Positions 15,813-25,151 of a stretch of 38,756 nt of DNA are shown here, in pieces. Below the pieces are notes generated by a model, which saw only the letters and a list, made by a program, of their open reading frames with translations, was not told the origin of the DNA and made no database searches. Positions within the stretch are counted from its first letter, which is position 1, and every line of letters starts with the position of its first letter. Position numbers and translations under genes: made by a program. Source of the stretch: an uncultured Methanosarcinales archaeon (lineage in GTDB: Archaea > Nanobdellota > Nanobdellia > Woesearchaeales > GW2011-AR9); NCBI GenBank assembly GCA_964405725.1, contig CAYOOY010000003.1, positions 1 to 38,756 of the forward strand, written 5' to 3'.

Positions 15813-17387
15813 TTACTTATTAAGTAATTTCTCAATTACTGCAGCATATGCTGGACGCGCAATAAGAACACCAATCGAAATACCAGCAATAGTTGTAAGG
15901 GCAAAGCCTTTCAATAGTCCTGCTCCTGCCCAAAATAACACAATCATACCAACAAGAGTTGTTAAATAAGCTCCAATAACAATAAACATTGCATTTTTGA
16001 TTCTAATTTTCCAATCGCTAATATGTTCACCACGTAAAATTTCATCCGTAATAATAATTAAATGATCAACTCCTGTTCCCACAACAATTAAAATTCCTGC
16101 AATACCTGCTAAATCAAGTTGCCATTTAAATTGCGACGCAAATCCTAATATTAATACTAGTTCAGCCAGCAACGTAAGAACCATTGGAACAACAATTTTT
16201 AATTTACGGTATCTTGCACCAACTACACAAATCACTGCAAGAATTACTAATGCTCCTACAAGTAATATGTTATCCAAAAATTGTGCACCTAATGTTGGAG
16301 AGATGGTATCTAATTTTGCAATATCAAGTTTTACCGGTAAACTTCCAGTTTTAATAATTGTTTGCAATTTATTCATATTAGCAAGAGCATTTATACGAGC
16401 ATCTTCCATAGTAATGCCAACACCTGATCCCGTAATTTGAAATTGCGTTTCTTCACGACCCTTCAGTCCTTGCGCAATACGTAAACGATCAACTTCGCCA
16501 TCATCTAAAAATAACACCAACTCCTCAGATAAATATCCATCAGGCTCAACACTTAGACTTCTGGTTGCTACTGCATGTTTTTTAGCCGCATCGGGACTAA
16601 GTGTTATGCTAAAGAAAAATGCACACGCTGATCCATCTGCTGAATCACTGCATCCACGTTGAGGATCAATCCCTGCACAATTAGCACTTCTACATACATA
16701 CGTAATATCTTTTTTACCACCGGAAAATACCACTTCATTTGCAATTTTTGCTTCAAATTTTCCTTGCTTTGCTAATAACTCTTTTACTTCTTCTTCTGTG
16801 ACGCCTGCAATTTCAATTAAAATAAAATCTTTTCCAGACAAATCCGCAGCAGGACGAATGATTACATCACTAAGTCCATATACATTTAATCTCTCACGCA
16901 AATTATCAATTGTTAATTGTAAATCATCTTCAGACACTGCCTTTTGTGGTTCAAGCAACACACGCGTTCCACCTTCCAAATCTAATCCCTTCCGAATATT
17001 GGATGAAGGTGCTTTGTAAATTCGTAATCCTAAATCAATATTGGATTCATCAGCAGGCGTAAAAAGGGTATATGTCTGAAAGGTCGTTTTAATAGTCGCA
17101 GTCGAATTTGGAAGGAGTGCATTTTGCTCAGAAAAATAATCTTCAACTGAATTTATAGTCTTGCCATTGATTGATAATAACCTTTCTTTTTGAAGAGGAG
17201 TACTTTGTGGATTTGGGTTTTCAAACCCCGCTTTTGATGCAGAAGAATTTGGAACTACACTTCTAAGAGCAACACCTTCTGCAGACCAATTTGCTGGATC
17301 TAATGAAAATATTGAGACTACAGAAAAAATCATGAATATAAGTAGCATAACTACTTTCCAATTTTTTAATATATCTGGATATTTCAT
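15813..17387 (-). CDS. secD: Protein-export membrane protein SecD
   Basis: 524 aa. N-terminal TM, a large extracytoplasmic domain with GLDLEGGTRVLL, and a C-terminal 5-TM bundle. It overlaps the secF stop. Confidence 0.85.
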   Translation of the reverse strand: MKYPDILKNWKVVMLLIFMIFSVVSIFSLDPANWSAEGVALRSVVPNSSASKAGFENPNPQSTPLQKERLLSINGKTINSVEDYFSEQNALLPNSTATIKTTFQTYTLFTPADESNIDLGLRIYKAPSSNIRKGLDLEGGTRVLLEPQKAVSEDDLQLTIDNLRERLNVYGLSDVIIRPAADLSGKDFILIEIAGVTEEEVKELLAKQGKFEAKIANEVVFSGGKKDITYVCRSANCAGIDPQRGCSDSADGSACAFFFSITLSPDAAKKHAVATRSLSVEPDGYLSEELVLFLDDGEVDRLRIAQGLKGREETQFQITGSGVGITMEDARINALANMNKLQTIIKTGSLPVKLDIAKLDTISPTLGAQFLDNILLVGALVILAVICVVGARYRKLKIVVPMVLTLLAELVLILGFASQFKWQLDLAGIAGILIVVGTGVDHLIIITDEILRGEHISDWKIRIKNAMFIVIGAYLTTLVGMIVLFWAGAGLLKGFALTTIAGISIGVLIARPAYAAVIEKLLNK

Positions 17388-18265
17388 GTGTGTTTACCTT
17401 TTTTTTCTAAATACCAACGTAGAATTCCTACGTTTTGAATCCATGTCATAACTAAGTCGACAAGCAATCCGATGAATAAAATAAGCATTATTTGTTTTAC
17501 AACTTCACTTTGCACCATAAATAACGCAACAAGAAGAGCAATGAGAGTTGTGAACGTCATCGTAAGTCCGGTAGTCATAGCACCGAAAATTCTCTCCATA
17601 ACAGTCCCTTCACGGCGTTTAAGAACTCGAGTGCTAAGTAAAATGTCCGTATCAACACTATATCCAATTAGCATTAAAAATGCAGCAATTCCTGCTGAAC
17701 TAAGTTTCATACCAGTTAGATTAAATATTGAAAGTGTCACAATAATATCTGATAATGCAGCAAGCATCACTGCCAAACTTGGTGCAATACTTCTAAAATA
17801 AAAAAACACAACGCATCCCATTAATGCGAATGCAACTAACAGAGCAATGAATGTTTGTTTAAAAAAACTCTCTCCAAGAGAGGCCCCCATAATTTCAACA
17901 CTCATTTGACCAGGTTTAGTGTTAGTAAGAATTGTTAATTCCTTAACAATAGAGCCAATTTTAGATTCCTCTTGAACATTCGAATCTACAGAAATACTTG
18001 AAATCGTTCCACCACCCGTAAGAGTTCTTAGGGAAATTTCGTACGAAGGAAATTTTTTCATCAATGATTGTTCAACAAGATCTATATCAAAATTGTTATA
18101 TGGAAGTGTAACGGTTGATCCACCTTTAAGTGTGACCCCCTTGTTTATGAAATCGCCAGTCGTAACTTGCTGCACCCCAAGTTGCAATAACGCAAGGATT
18201 AAAAGAGCAAAAGGAATGATTAGCAACGTTTTATACTTTTTCTCATATATTTTCTTCCAACTCAT
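17384..18265 (-). CDS. secF: Protein-export membrane protein SecF
   Basis: 293 aa. GVTLKGGSTVTL after the first TM, then a C-terminal RND-like TM bundle (GYSVDTDILL). Confidence 0.85.
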   Translation of the reverse strand: MSWKKIYEKKYKTLLIIPFALLILALLQLGVQQVTTGDFINKGVTLKGGSTVTLPYNNFDIDLVEQSLMKKFPSYEISLRTLTGGGTISSISVDSNVQEESKIGSIVKELTILTNTKPGQMSVEIMGASLGESFFKQTFIALLVAFALMGCVVFFYFRSIAPSLAVMLAALSDIIVTLSIFNLTGMKLSSAGIAAFLMLIGYSVDTDILLSTRVLKRREGTVMERIFGAMTTGLTMTFTTLIALLVALFMVQSEVVKQIMLILFIGLLVDLVMTWIQNVGILRWYLEKKGKHT

Positions 18266-18352
18266 TATTCTGCAATTCGGACATGTCTACTTATAAATAT
18301 TGTGTTGATATCGGCCATGAACTTCTTTTTACAAGCCCATTTTTACATAATT

Positions 18353-18361
18353 TTTATATAA
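18353..18361 (+). promoter_or_regulatory. Candidate TATA box (tttatataa) about 27 nt upstream of the GT2 ATG
   Basis: Read directly. It lies in the divergent secF/GT2 intergenic region. A second TATA-like element (cttataaatatt, about 18289-18300) could serve secF. Confidence 0.4.
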
Positions 18362-18383
18362 AGTTCTTAGTGAATTCACTTCA

Positions 18384-19037
18384 ATGAAGACAGCTATAGT
18401 AATTCCAGCACATAACGAAGCAAAACACATTCAAAAGGTTATCAGAGAAGTACAAGAATATATTCCAAACATAATTGTTGTTGATGATGGAAGTGTGGAT
18501 GACACGTATATGTTAGCTAAGCAAGAGGGAGTTACCGTTTTACAAAACATAATTAATGTGGGCAAAGGCGCCACTCTTCGTACGGGGTGTGACTACGCGT
18601 ACACACAAGGGTACGATGCTATAATAGCAATTGATGGAGATGGACAACATGATCCACGTCACATTCCTCAATTTTTACACCAAATTGATAAGCATGATAT
18701 TGTGTTTGGATATAGAACAATATGTTCAACTATGCCTGCAATTCTTCGATTTGGTAATTGGTTTATCAATAAAAGTGCAGGATTTTTGTTTGGTATTCGA
18801 TTAAAAGACACACAATGTGGATATCGAGCATATAAAACCAGTGCCTACAATAAAATAAGATGGGACGCTTCTGATTATAGTATGGAATCAGAAATGATAT
18901 GTAATGCAGGAAAACATAATGTTACGTATAGTGAGGTGCCAATCCAAACAATATATTCAGATAAATATAAAGGAACAACTGTATTGGATGGTATAAAAAT
19001 AGTTTTAAAGATGGTGTGGTGGAAACTAGCATGTTAG
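18384..19037 (+). CDS. Family 2 glycosyltransferase (dolichyl/polyprenyl-phosphate sugar synthase-like)
   Basis: 217 aa. AIVIPAHNEAKHI, VVDDGSVDDT, AIDGDGQHDP (DxD region). Confidence 0.85.
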   Translation: MKTAIVIPAHNEAKHIQKVIREVQEYIPNIIVVDDGSVDDTYMLAKQEGVTVLQNIINVGKGATLRTGCDYAYTQGYDAIIAIDGDGQHDPRHIPQFLHQIDKHDIVFGYRTICSTMPAILRFGNWFINKSAGFLFGIRLKDTQCGYRAYKTSAYNKIRWDASDYSMESEMICNAGKHNVTYSEVPIQTIYSDKYKGTTVLDGIKIVLKMVWWKLAC

Positions 19038-19375
19038 GTATTCAGGTTGTAGGGTTAGGATTTGGGATTTTTATGATTTACATCTCTTTTCTTCAATTAA
19101 AACGAAATGAATTTACATTATTTGAAACAACGGCATGGATAACATTATGGGCAGGTATGTTATTCGTCACCATATTTCCAAAATCTCTTAATTTTTTGGT
19201 AAAAGACGTTCTTAATTTAGGGAGACATTTGGATTTCTATTTAATATTAGGATTTCTCTTTTTTATCTTTGCAACATTCTTTAATTATATGAAAGTGAGA
19301 AGTAATGATAAAAAAATAGAGAAACTGGTACGCAAAATTGCACTAAAAAATGTTGAACCAGCCAAAGACAAATGA
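19016..19375 (+). CDS. DUF2304-like small membrane protein (commonly partnered with GT2)
   Basis: 119 aa with 3-4 TM helices, immediately after and overlapping the GT2 gene. An alternative start at ATG 19031 (MLGIQVV) gives a shorter overlap. The family call rests on size, topology and context. Confidence 0.5.
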   Translation: MVETSMLGIQVVGLGFGIFMIYISFLQLKRNEFTLFETTAWITLWAGMLFVTIFPKSLNFLVKDVLNLGRHLDFYLILGFLFFIFATFFNYMKVRSNDKKIEKLVRKIALKNVEPAKDK

Positions 19376-20499
19376 ATATTCTTTTTGTATGTGAAAATTA
19401 TATTCCCCATATTGGTGGGGCAGAAGTTGTATTTAAGCATCTAGCAGAGGGTTTTGTTGCAAGAGGACATAAAGTCTCATTTGTAACGCACCGTATTAAA
19501 GGAACAAAAAAATATGAAGTACTCAATGGAGTACATGTATATAGGGTTGAGAGTTTTCACAATAGATATGCATTCACATTTCTTAGTCTACCTACAGTGA
19601 TTAAGCATGCACTTAAAGCAGATGTTATTCAAACTACAAGTTTTAATGGAGCACCACCAGCGTGGTTAGCAGGATTTTGTACTGGAAAAAAAGTTGCTAT
19701 AACAATTCACGAAATGTGGATAAATAAATGGCAAAAAGTGACTGACCTTAGTAAGGTCTCTTGTTTGATTCATAATTATCTAGAAAAAATGGTATATGCG
19801 CTTCCTTTTAGTAAATACCTTTGTGTATCAGATGCCACACGAAAAGATGTTTTGGCTTCAGGGAAAAAAAAAGAAAAGGTACACACAATATACAATGGAC
19901 TAGATTATGAATTTTGGAATAAAGAGAAATTTGATGGATTCTCTATTCGAAAAAAACTAGGTGTAGAAGATAATTTTGTGTATTTTTCATGGGGACGACC
20001 AGGTATGTCAAAAGGATTTGAATATTTAATCAAAGCAATTCCAAGAATTGTAAAAGAAATTCCTAATGCAAAATTAATTCTTATGCTCGGCGGCATTACT
20101 ACTCATAAAAAAAGATATGTTTCACTGCGAAAACTGATATCAAAACTAAAAATGCAAGAACATATCAAATTAGTACCTTCAGCTCCATACGAAGAATTAG
20201 GTAATTATCTCTTGGCTGCTGATTGCGCTGTAGTTCCATCAATTGCAGAAGGATTTGGATTTAATGCAGTTGAAGCATGTGCTCTTGGTGTACCACTTGT
20301 CGCCTCAGAAATAGGGTCACTTCCTGAAGTTGTCAGTGGAAAGCATGTATTAGTTGAAGCAAAGAATCCACGTTCAATTGCAGAGGGCGTAATTAATGTG
20401 TATAATAAAAAGTGGGATTCAATTCCTCTTAAGAAATTCATGTGGGATGATGCAATTGAAAGTTATTTGGATGTGTATGAGAAATTAAGAAAAAACTAA
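19372..20499 (+). CDS. Family 4 (GT-B, GT1-clan) glycosyltransferase
   Basis: 375 aa. N-terminal IPHIGGAEVV and a C-terminal EGFGFNAVEACALGVPLVASEIGSLPEVV (E-x7-E motif). Confidence 0.85.
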   Translation: MNILFVCENYIPHIGGAEVVFKHLAEGFVARGHKVSFVTHRIKGTKKYEVLNGVHVYRVESFHNRYAFTFLSLPTVIKHALKADVIQTTSFNGAPPAWLAGFCTGKKVAITIHEMWINKWQKVTDLSKVSCLIHNYLEKMVYALPFSKYLCVSDATRKDVLASGKKKEKVHTIYNGLDYEFWNKEKFDGFSIRKKLGVEDNFVYFSWGRPGMSKGFEYLIKAIPRIVKEIPNAKLILMLGGITTHKKRYVSLRKLISKLKMQEHIKLVPSAPYEELGNYLLAADCAVVPSIAEGFGFNAVEACALGVPLVASEIGSLPEVVSGKHVLVEAKNPRSIAEGVINVYNKKWDSIPLKKFMWDDAIESYLDVYEKLRKN

Positions 20500-20510
20500 A
20501 CTAGATCTGA

Positions 20511-21764
20511 TTAGTCTTTATTTTGATCTTTTACATCTAAAATTATCTTATTACGTATAATCTTACTTTCAATGGATTCGTTTACATACCTATTATTAAA
20601 AATAGTTACAAACAAATCTGAATTTGTGTCTTGTATATCTGCAAAAGTTATTACCTTTAGAACCATTCGCAAATAATTCCTCCCCACATCGGAATGTAAA
20701 GCAACGTATTCCAAGCTTTTATCCAATAAAGAATCATCAGAATTTGAAACTAGAAAAAATGAAGATAGACCACCAACTTGATCTTGTTGATACAAGTGAT
20801 TGGAATTGAGTATAAAATTATAGTTAAAATCACTATCCAGGTTTATAATAAAATTTTCACCATAAGAACCATATTCATCAACATTTATGTTTAATGCGTC
20901 TACCTTTTGTTGGAGATCTAATGAATAATTCTCCAAAGAATAATACTTTTCTGCGTACTTTTTTTTCTCCAATAATGTAACCTCTTTCTGAGCTACATTT
21001 AGAGTATTAGCAAATAGATGTGATTGTACTACAATTTCAAATAAATCGTAGGTTTGATCAAAAATTATTCGGACGCAACTATTATTCAAGCAAAATGCAG
21101 GTTTAAGCTTATTATGATTGCTTTTAATTTTACTAAATACTTTAATTTTACTTTCCCAAAAGTTATGTATGTCATCAAAGATGGGATATTCTTCTGTGTT
21201 CAAATCATTACCCACAAGTTCCAGTTGATTCAAAGTATTTTGGTACTCAATATGAAAAGCAACACTATTTAGGTTGAACGAATATGTTTTAACACCAACA
21301 ATACCAACAGAAATCACTAGAGATAGGACAAAAGTGATCAAGAGTGTTTTTTTTACAAAGGATACGATCGTCATCGGTTTCATTTTTACCCAATGACTGA
21401 AAACATAAGCCGTAAAGAAAAAGATAAACAACAAAGGAAACAAGTAAATATATTGAATTATGAATAAGTTAAGGATGGCATCATGAAACAAAATATATGG
21501 AAGAACAACCACAAAAATGGTAGTAATAAATAATGAACACGACAAAATAGCAATACGTTCATTGATATTAATTATCAAATTACGGTTGAATGACTTTTCT
21601 AACATCAATTCATAAAAAAACGAAATCCCTAGTAGGATAAGTAGAGTTGTTAGCATCGTGGAGATTATGTCACCAACTATACCAGAAAAAAGTACTAAAG
21701 AAAGAACTCCTAATGAAAAAACAACTTTCTCTCTATCGGTAAGCAACCCTCTTTTTTCAAACAT
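20511..21764 (-). CDS. Hypothetical membrane protein (N-terminal multi-TM region plus an Asn-rich C-terminal domain)
   Basis: 417-aa ORF with several hydrophobic helices in the first ~160 aa. No family recognised. Confidence 0.5.
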   Translation of the reverse strand: MFEKRGLLTDREKVVFSLGVLSLVLFSGIVGDIISTMLTTLLILLGISFFYELMLEKSFNRNLIININERIAILSCSLFITTIFVVVLPYILFHDAILNLFIIQYIYLFPLLFIFFFTAYVFSHWVKMKPMTIVSFVKKTLLITFVLSLVISVGIVGVKTYSFNLNSVAFHIEYQNTLNQLELVGNDLNTEEYPIFDDIHNFWESKIKVFSKIKSNHNKLKPAFCLNNSCVRIIFDQTYDLFEIVVQSHLFANTLNVAQKEVTLLEKKKYAEKYYSLENYSLDLQQKVDALNINVDEYGSYGENFIINLDSDFNYNFILNSNHLYQQDQVGGLSSFFLVSNSDDSLLDKSLEYVALHSDVGRNYLRMVLKVITFADIQDTNSDLFVTIFNNRYVNESIESKIIRNKIILDVKDQNKD

Positions 21765-21828
21765 GAATTGAAGAAAGAAATTTATCTATTTAAATATATA
21801 TGATAATTAAGAAAAAACTAAAGACCAA

Positions 21829-24174
21829 CTACTTCCCTTTCTTTTTTCCATAAATGAATATTTCTGTCTTAAATAATCGCCTTCTTCTGGAATAAGTTAC
21901 ATTTAATTTTTCTTTCTTGAATATTGCAAGTATCTTCTTTTTATCATCTACTTCTATTGCGTTCGGAGTCATGTTCAAAACATTATTCTTAATGTAAAAA
22001 CAAAATTTTCCTTTAGTATTCAATACTTTCTTAACATCATGAACAAATGAAGAGATATCTTTAACATATCCCAAATCATTAAATGAAATAAATGAATCTA
22101 CTTTTCCAGATTTTGTTGGAATACTAAGCGATCTAAGGAAATGAATAGTAATATGTTTCCTATCTTTAAGAGAAATGTTTTCTTTAAAAAACTTAATTTC
22201 TTCTTTTGATTGATTCGCTACAATTATCTTACGAAAAGGCATTTTAGCTTTAACGATTTTTTGAGTGAACGCACCCATTTGGGAATTGTACACCATAATT
22301 GTTGATTTTTTAGTAAAAGGACCAACTAAATTGATAATCTTGTTGAACGATGGTTTAGGTAAAGGAATTCTATGAAAATAATGTGACAACTTAGCTGACA
22401 TATTTCGCCTCAGGCCAACATACTTTTTATCGTAAAACAATTCTATTGCAAAATACGCTGGTACACCAAACACAATCAACCCACCAGAGATTCTAAGGAT
22501 ATCTAAGGCTCCATGGGTTTCCTTAATGAACATGATTAACAAAAAGATCATGAACAGAATTGTTGCAAAAGGTCCTACTTTTCCAAAAATGACACGATAA
22601 GGTCGATGCAAATCTGGCTTCTTAAATCGTAAGATCACTACGCTAAGTAACACTGCGGAATACACTATCAATATCAATGGAATGAGCATATGTAACAAAG
22701 TCTCGTATGAACCTGCTCCGACAATTACAAGAGCAGACACCACTATTACTTGAAATAAAATTGAAATATACGGGCTTTTGTGTTTCGGGTGAATTCGAGC
22801 AAACTGAGTGAAAAAGAGTTTATCTTCAGCGATTGACATTAAAAGACGAGGTGCGGTTACAATCCAGCCAGCCGTGGCCCCGATTACTGAAACAAATATA
22901 AGTACTGCAAAAATGATTCCACCTACTGCTCCAAAATGCGCGGACCCTAAATCCTTGAGAGGAGCAACCGATTCTGAAAATTGCGCCCAGGGAATTGTTC
23001 CCATGGCTGTAAAAGCAAGAAAAAATGATAATACAGCAATTATTAGTGTTCCATATATTAATGCTTTAGGCATGATTTTAGAAGGATTCTTTGTTTCCGC
23101 AGATAAGAAAATTGCACTTTCCCACCCAAAAAATGTTTCTGCTATAAAGAAGATTGCTAAAAGAACATTCATTGTGGGAAAAACGAAGAACGGATCAAAG
23201 TTGCCAAAATTGATATTAACAAATCCTGGAATAATTATTGCAATTACAGCTGTTAACGTGATAATTGCAAAGGTGACTAATACAACAGTAGATGTTTGCA
23301 TCCCTCTAAACGCAACATAACTAAATGCAATAATTAAAAAAATAGCAATTGGAATGTATGTGTACGAATATTGAAGGGGTATAAGATATTGCAGAGCACC
23401 TAGCAAAAGCATTGCGATAGTAACACTTCCCGCAATAGATGTTGTCCACCCAATAACAAACGACCAAAATCGCCCATAAGTTTGCTTTGCAAATTCATAT
23501 ACTCCTCCTGCCTTTGGGAACATGGAAACTAATTCGCCAAAACACATGGCAATATAAACAGAGATTAATGATAGTATTCCCCATGACAACAAGGAAGCAG
23601 GACCCGCATGCTTTGCTCCTGCCGAAGTGAGAAACCAAATTCCCGTTCCCATAATTGAGTTAATTGTAATAAGAAGAATTACTTTAAAGCTAAGAGTCTT
23701 TTTCATCTCCTTCTCGTGCGGTTGTACTTTTCTAATTTTAGCTTTTTTAACATATTTTCGTGTTCGCAAAAATCGCGGTGCTCGTGCGCCAAACCGCAAT
23801 AATCGCAGTAACCGTCCGTAGCGTGCAAATCGAGCCATTCTTGCCACCCTCGAAATTATTCGAACTCCTCTTAATGCCCTAATTAATGTAAGAGATTCAA
23901 TTCCAATAAATATTAAGTTGAACGGAATTGTAGCAACAATATCCAATATGTGTTTTTTAACATATGGAAAAAAGCGTGGTGTTTCAAACCATCGATAATA
24001 CAAATCTATTGCAAATATTACTATAACATACACATCAAATACGTCTATTACATAAGACATAACTTTTCCAACGCCAAAAAAAAGTTCAATTACGGTAACA
24101 ACAAGAAGAAGAACTAACGAAGGGGGAATTAATAATTGAATTACATCATCTAATTTATTCCTACTCATTATCAA
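21829..24174 (-). CDS. Fusion protein: S1-S4 voltage-sensor-like domain, APC-family amino-acid permease and an unassigned C-terminal domain
   Basis: 781 aa.
- aa ~15-130: Kv-like S3 (HILDIVATIPFNLIF) and S4 with Arg at roughly every third residue (LIRALRGVRIISRVARMARFARYGRLLRLLRF). No pore or selectivity-filter segment follows.
- aa ~160-600: APC permease (INSIMGTGIWFL, GPASLLSW, FGELVSMFPKAGGVYEF).
- aa ~600-781: soluble domain. Confidence 0.75.
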   Translation of the reverse strand: MIMSRNKLDDVIQLLIPPSLVLLLVVTVIELFFGVGKVMSYVIDVFDVYVIVIFAIDLYYRWFETPRFFPYVKKHILDIVATIPFNLIFIGIESLTLIRALRGVRIISRVARMARFARYGRLLRLLRFGARAPRFLRTRKYVKKAKIRKVQPHEKEMKKTLSFKVILLITINSIMGTGIWFLTSAGAKHAGPASLLSWGILSLISVYIAMCFGELVSMFPKAGGVYEFAKQTYGRFWSFVIGWTTSIAGSVTIAMLLLGALQYLIPLQYSYTYIPIAIFLIIAFSYVAFRGMQTSTVVLVTFAIITLTAVIAIIIPGFVNINFGNFDPFFVFPTMNVLLAIFFIAETFFGWESAIFLSAETKNPSKIMPKALIYGTLIIAVLSFFLAFTAMGTIPWAQFSESVAPLKDLGSAHFGAVGGIIFAVLIFVSVIGATAGWIVTAPRLLMSIAEDKLFFTQFARIHPKHKSPYISILFQVIVVSALVIVGAGSYETLLHMLIPLILIVYSAVLLSVVILRFKKPDLHRPYRVIFGKVGPFATILFMIFLLIMFIKETHGALDILRISGGLIVFGVPAYFAIELFYDKKYVGLRRNMSAKLSHYFHRIPLPKPSFNKIINLVGPFTKKSTIMVYNSQMGAFTQKIVKAKMPFRKIIVANQSKEEIKFFKENISLKDRKHITIHFLRSLSIPTKSGKVDSFISFNDLGYVKDISSFVHDVKKVLNTKGKFCFYIKNNVLNMTPNAIEVDDKKKILAIFKKEKLNVTYSRRRRLFKTEIFIYGKKKGK

Positions 24175-24230
24175 CCTCTTTTCACATAGGAAAGAATTAA
24201 GTTATATAAATTTAACTCAAAAAAATAAAA

Positions 24231-25151
24231 TTAAGAATTAAGATATCCATCTAAAGATATACTATCATCACTTCTAATATTCCAACGATGTGTCGGTGGA
24301 ACAAAAATTTCTGAAAGCCTAAATTTTGGGTCCAATTGATGTTCAACCAATTCACCATTAACTAATCTAAAAACATCTTTGGTCATATTTCCATCTTTCA
24401 TTTTAAAGAGCATCAACCCTTCATTATACACTGTCGTTTTCATTTTTTTATGTGCAGGGTCAAATCCTTCCTCAGCGTACATTAGTGTTAAACCACCAAC
24501 ATCTGGTAAATGCACTTTCAACGCAAAATCAAGTTGCACACAATTACAATGTGCATCTATATGAGCCACCGGATCACCGATAAGAGATTGTGTATTCACA
24601 GTAACACTTAAGTTATCTAAATGAGGAGGGTATTGTAGTAGATTTGGAATAACAGACACGCCTTGATTAGCATATGTAACGCGTGTATCATATGGAGTAA
24701 GAACTGATGTCCCCCAAATAACAGGACACAAACCATCTTCACCAACAACAATTAATTCCTCGCTCAACTCTTTTCCCATCAAACGAACTAATCCATCTGG
24801 CGAACCATATTCCGCTTCTGTATATCCAGAAATTAATTGTGAACGAGTTGTATTTGATTTGGAAACAATAATTGCGTACTCTTCACCTTGCCAATCAAGA
24901 GTAGCAGCAGCCGAAACCCCAACATTTGCTAAAGGAACAGAATCTCCAGCTTCTAATATGTTGCAAATTTGTGTAGCACGACGTTCTGAATTATGTTGAT
25001 AAAATTTTCTTTCCGCATCTTGCTCAGCAAAGCTTCTGACTTCATCAAGAATTGTAATATCTAATCCACCTTCAATTCTGCTAACTGTTACAGGATTATA
25101 CCCACTACCTGGAGAATGCAGAGATAAAATGTCTGGTAATTTGTAAGTCAT
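24231..25151 (-). CDS. Hypothetical protein (306 aa), translationally coupled to the upstream HD-domain gene
   Basis: The start is set at ATG 25151-25149 (MTYKLPDIL), which overlaps the upstream gene's TGA as ATGA. No family recognised. The composition is less Lys/Asn-rich than the neighbours. Confidence 0.55.
   Translation of the reverse strand: MTYKLPDILSLHSPGSGYNPVTVSRIEGGLDITILDEVRSFAEQDAERKFYQHNSERRATQICNILEAGDSVPLANVGVSAAATLDWQGEEYAIIVSKSNTTRSQLISGYTEAEYGSPDGLVRLMGKELSEELIVVGEDGLCPVIWGTSVLTPYDTRVTYANQGVSVIPNLLQYPPHLDNLSVTVNTQSLIGDPVAHIDAHCNCVQLDFALKVHLPDVGGLTLMYAEEGFDPAHKKMKTTVYNEGLMLFKMKDGNMTKDVFRLVNGELVEHQLDPKFRLSEIFVPPTHRWNIRSDDSISLDGYLNS

Noticed and set aside
22808-23320. 170-aa plus-strand ORF, and other long antisense or alternate-frame ORFs (7339..7533, 10160..10384, 17472..17801, 23627..23821, 26289..26567, 26694..26984, 28889..29188, 35914..36219, 37868..38161, 38297..38641)
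   Set aside because: Each lies entirely within a confidently assigned gene on the opposite strand or in another frame. They are shadow ORFs, which are typical of biased-composition genomes.
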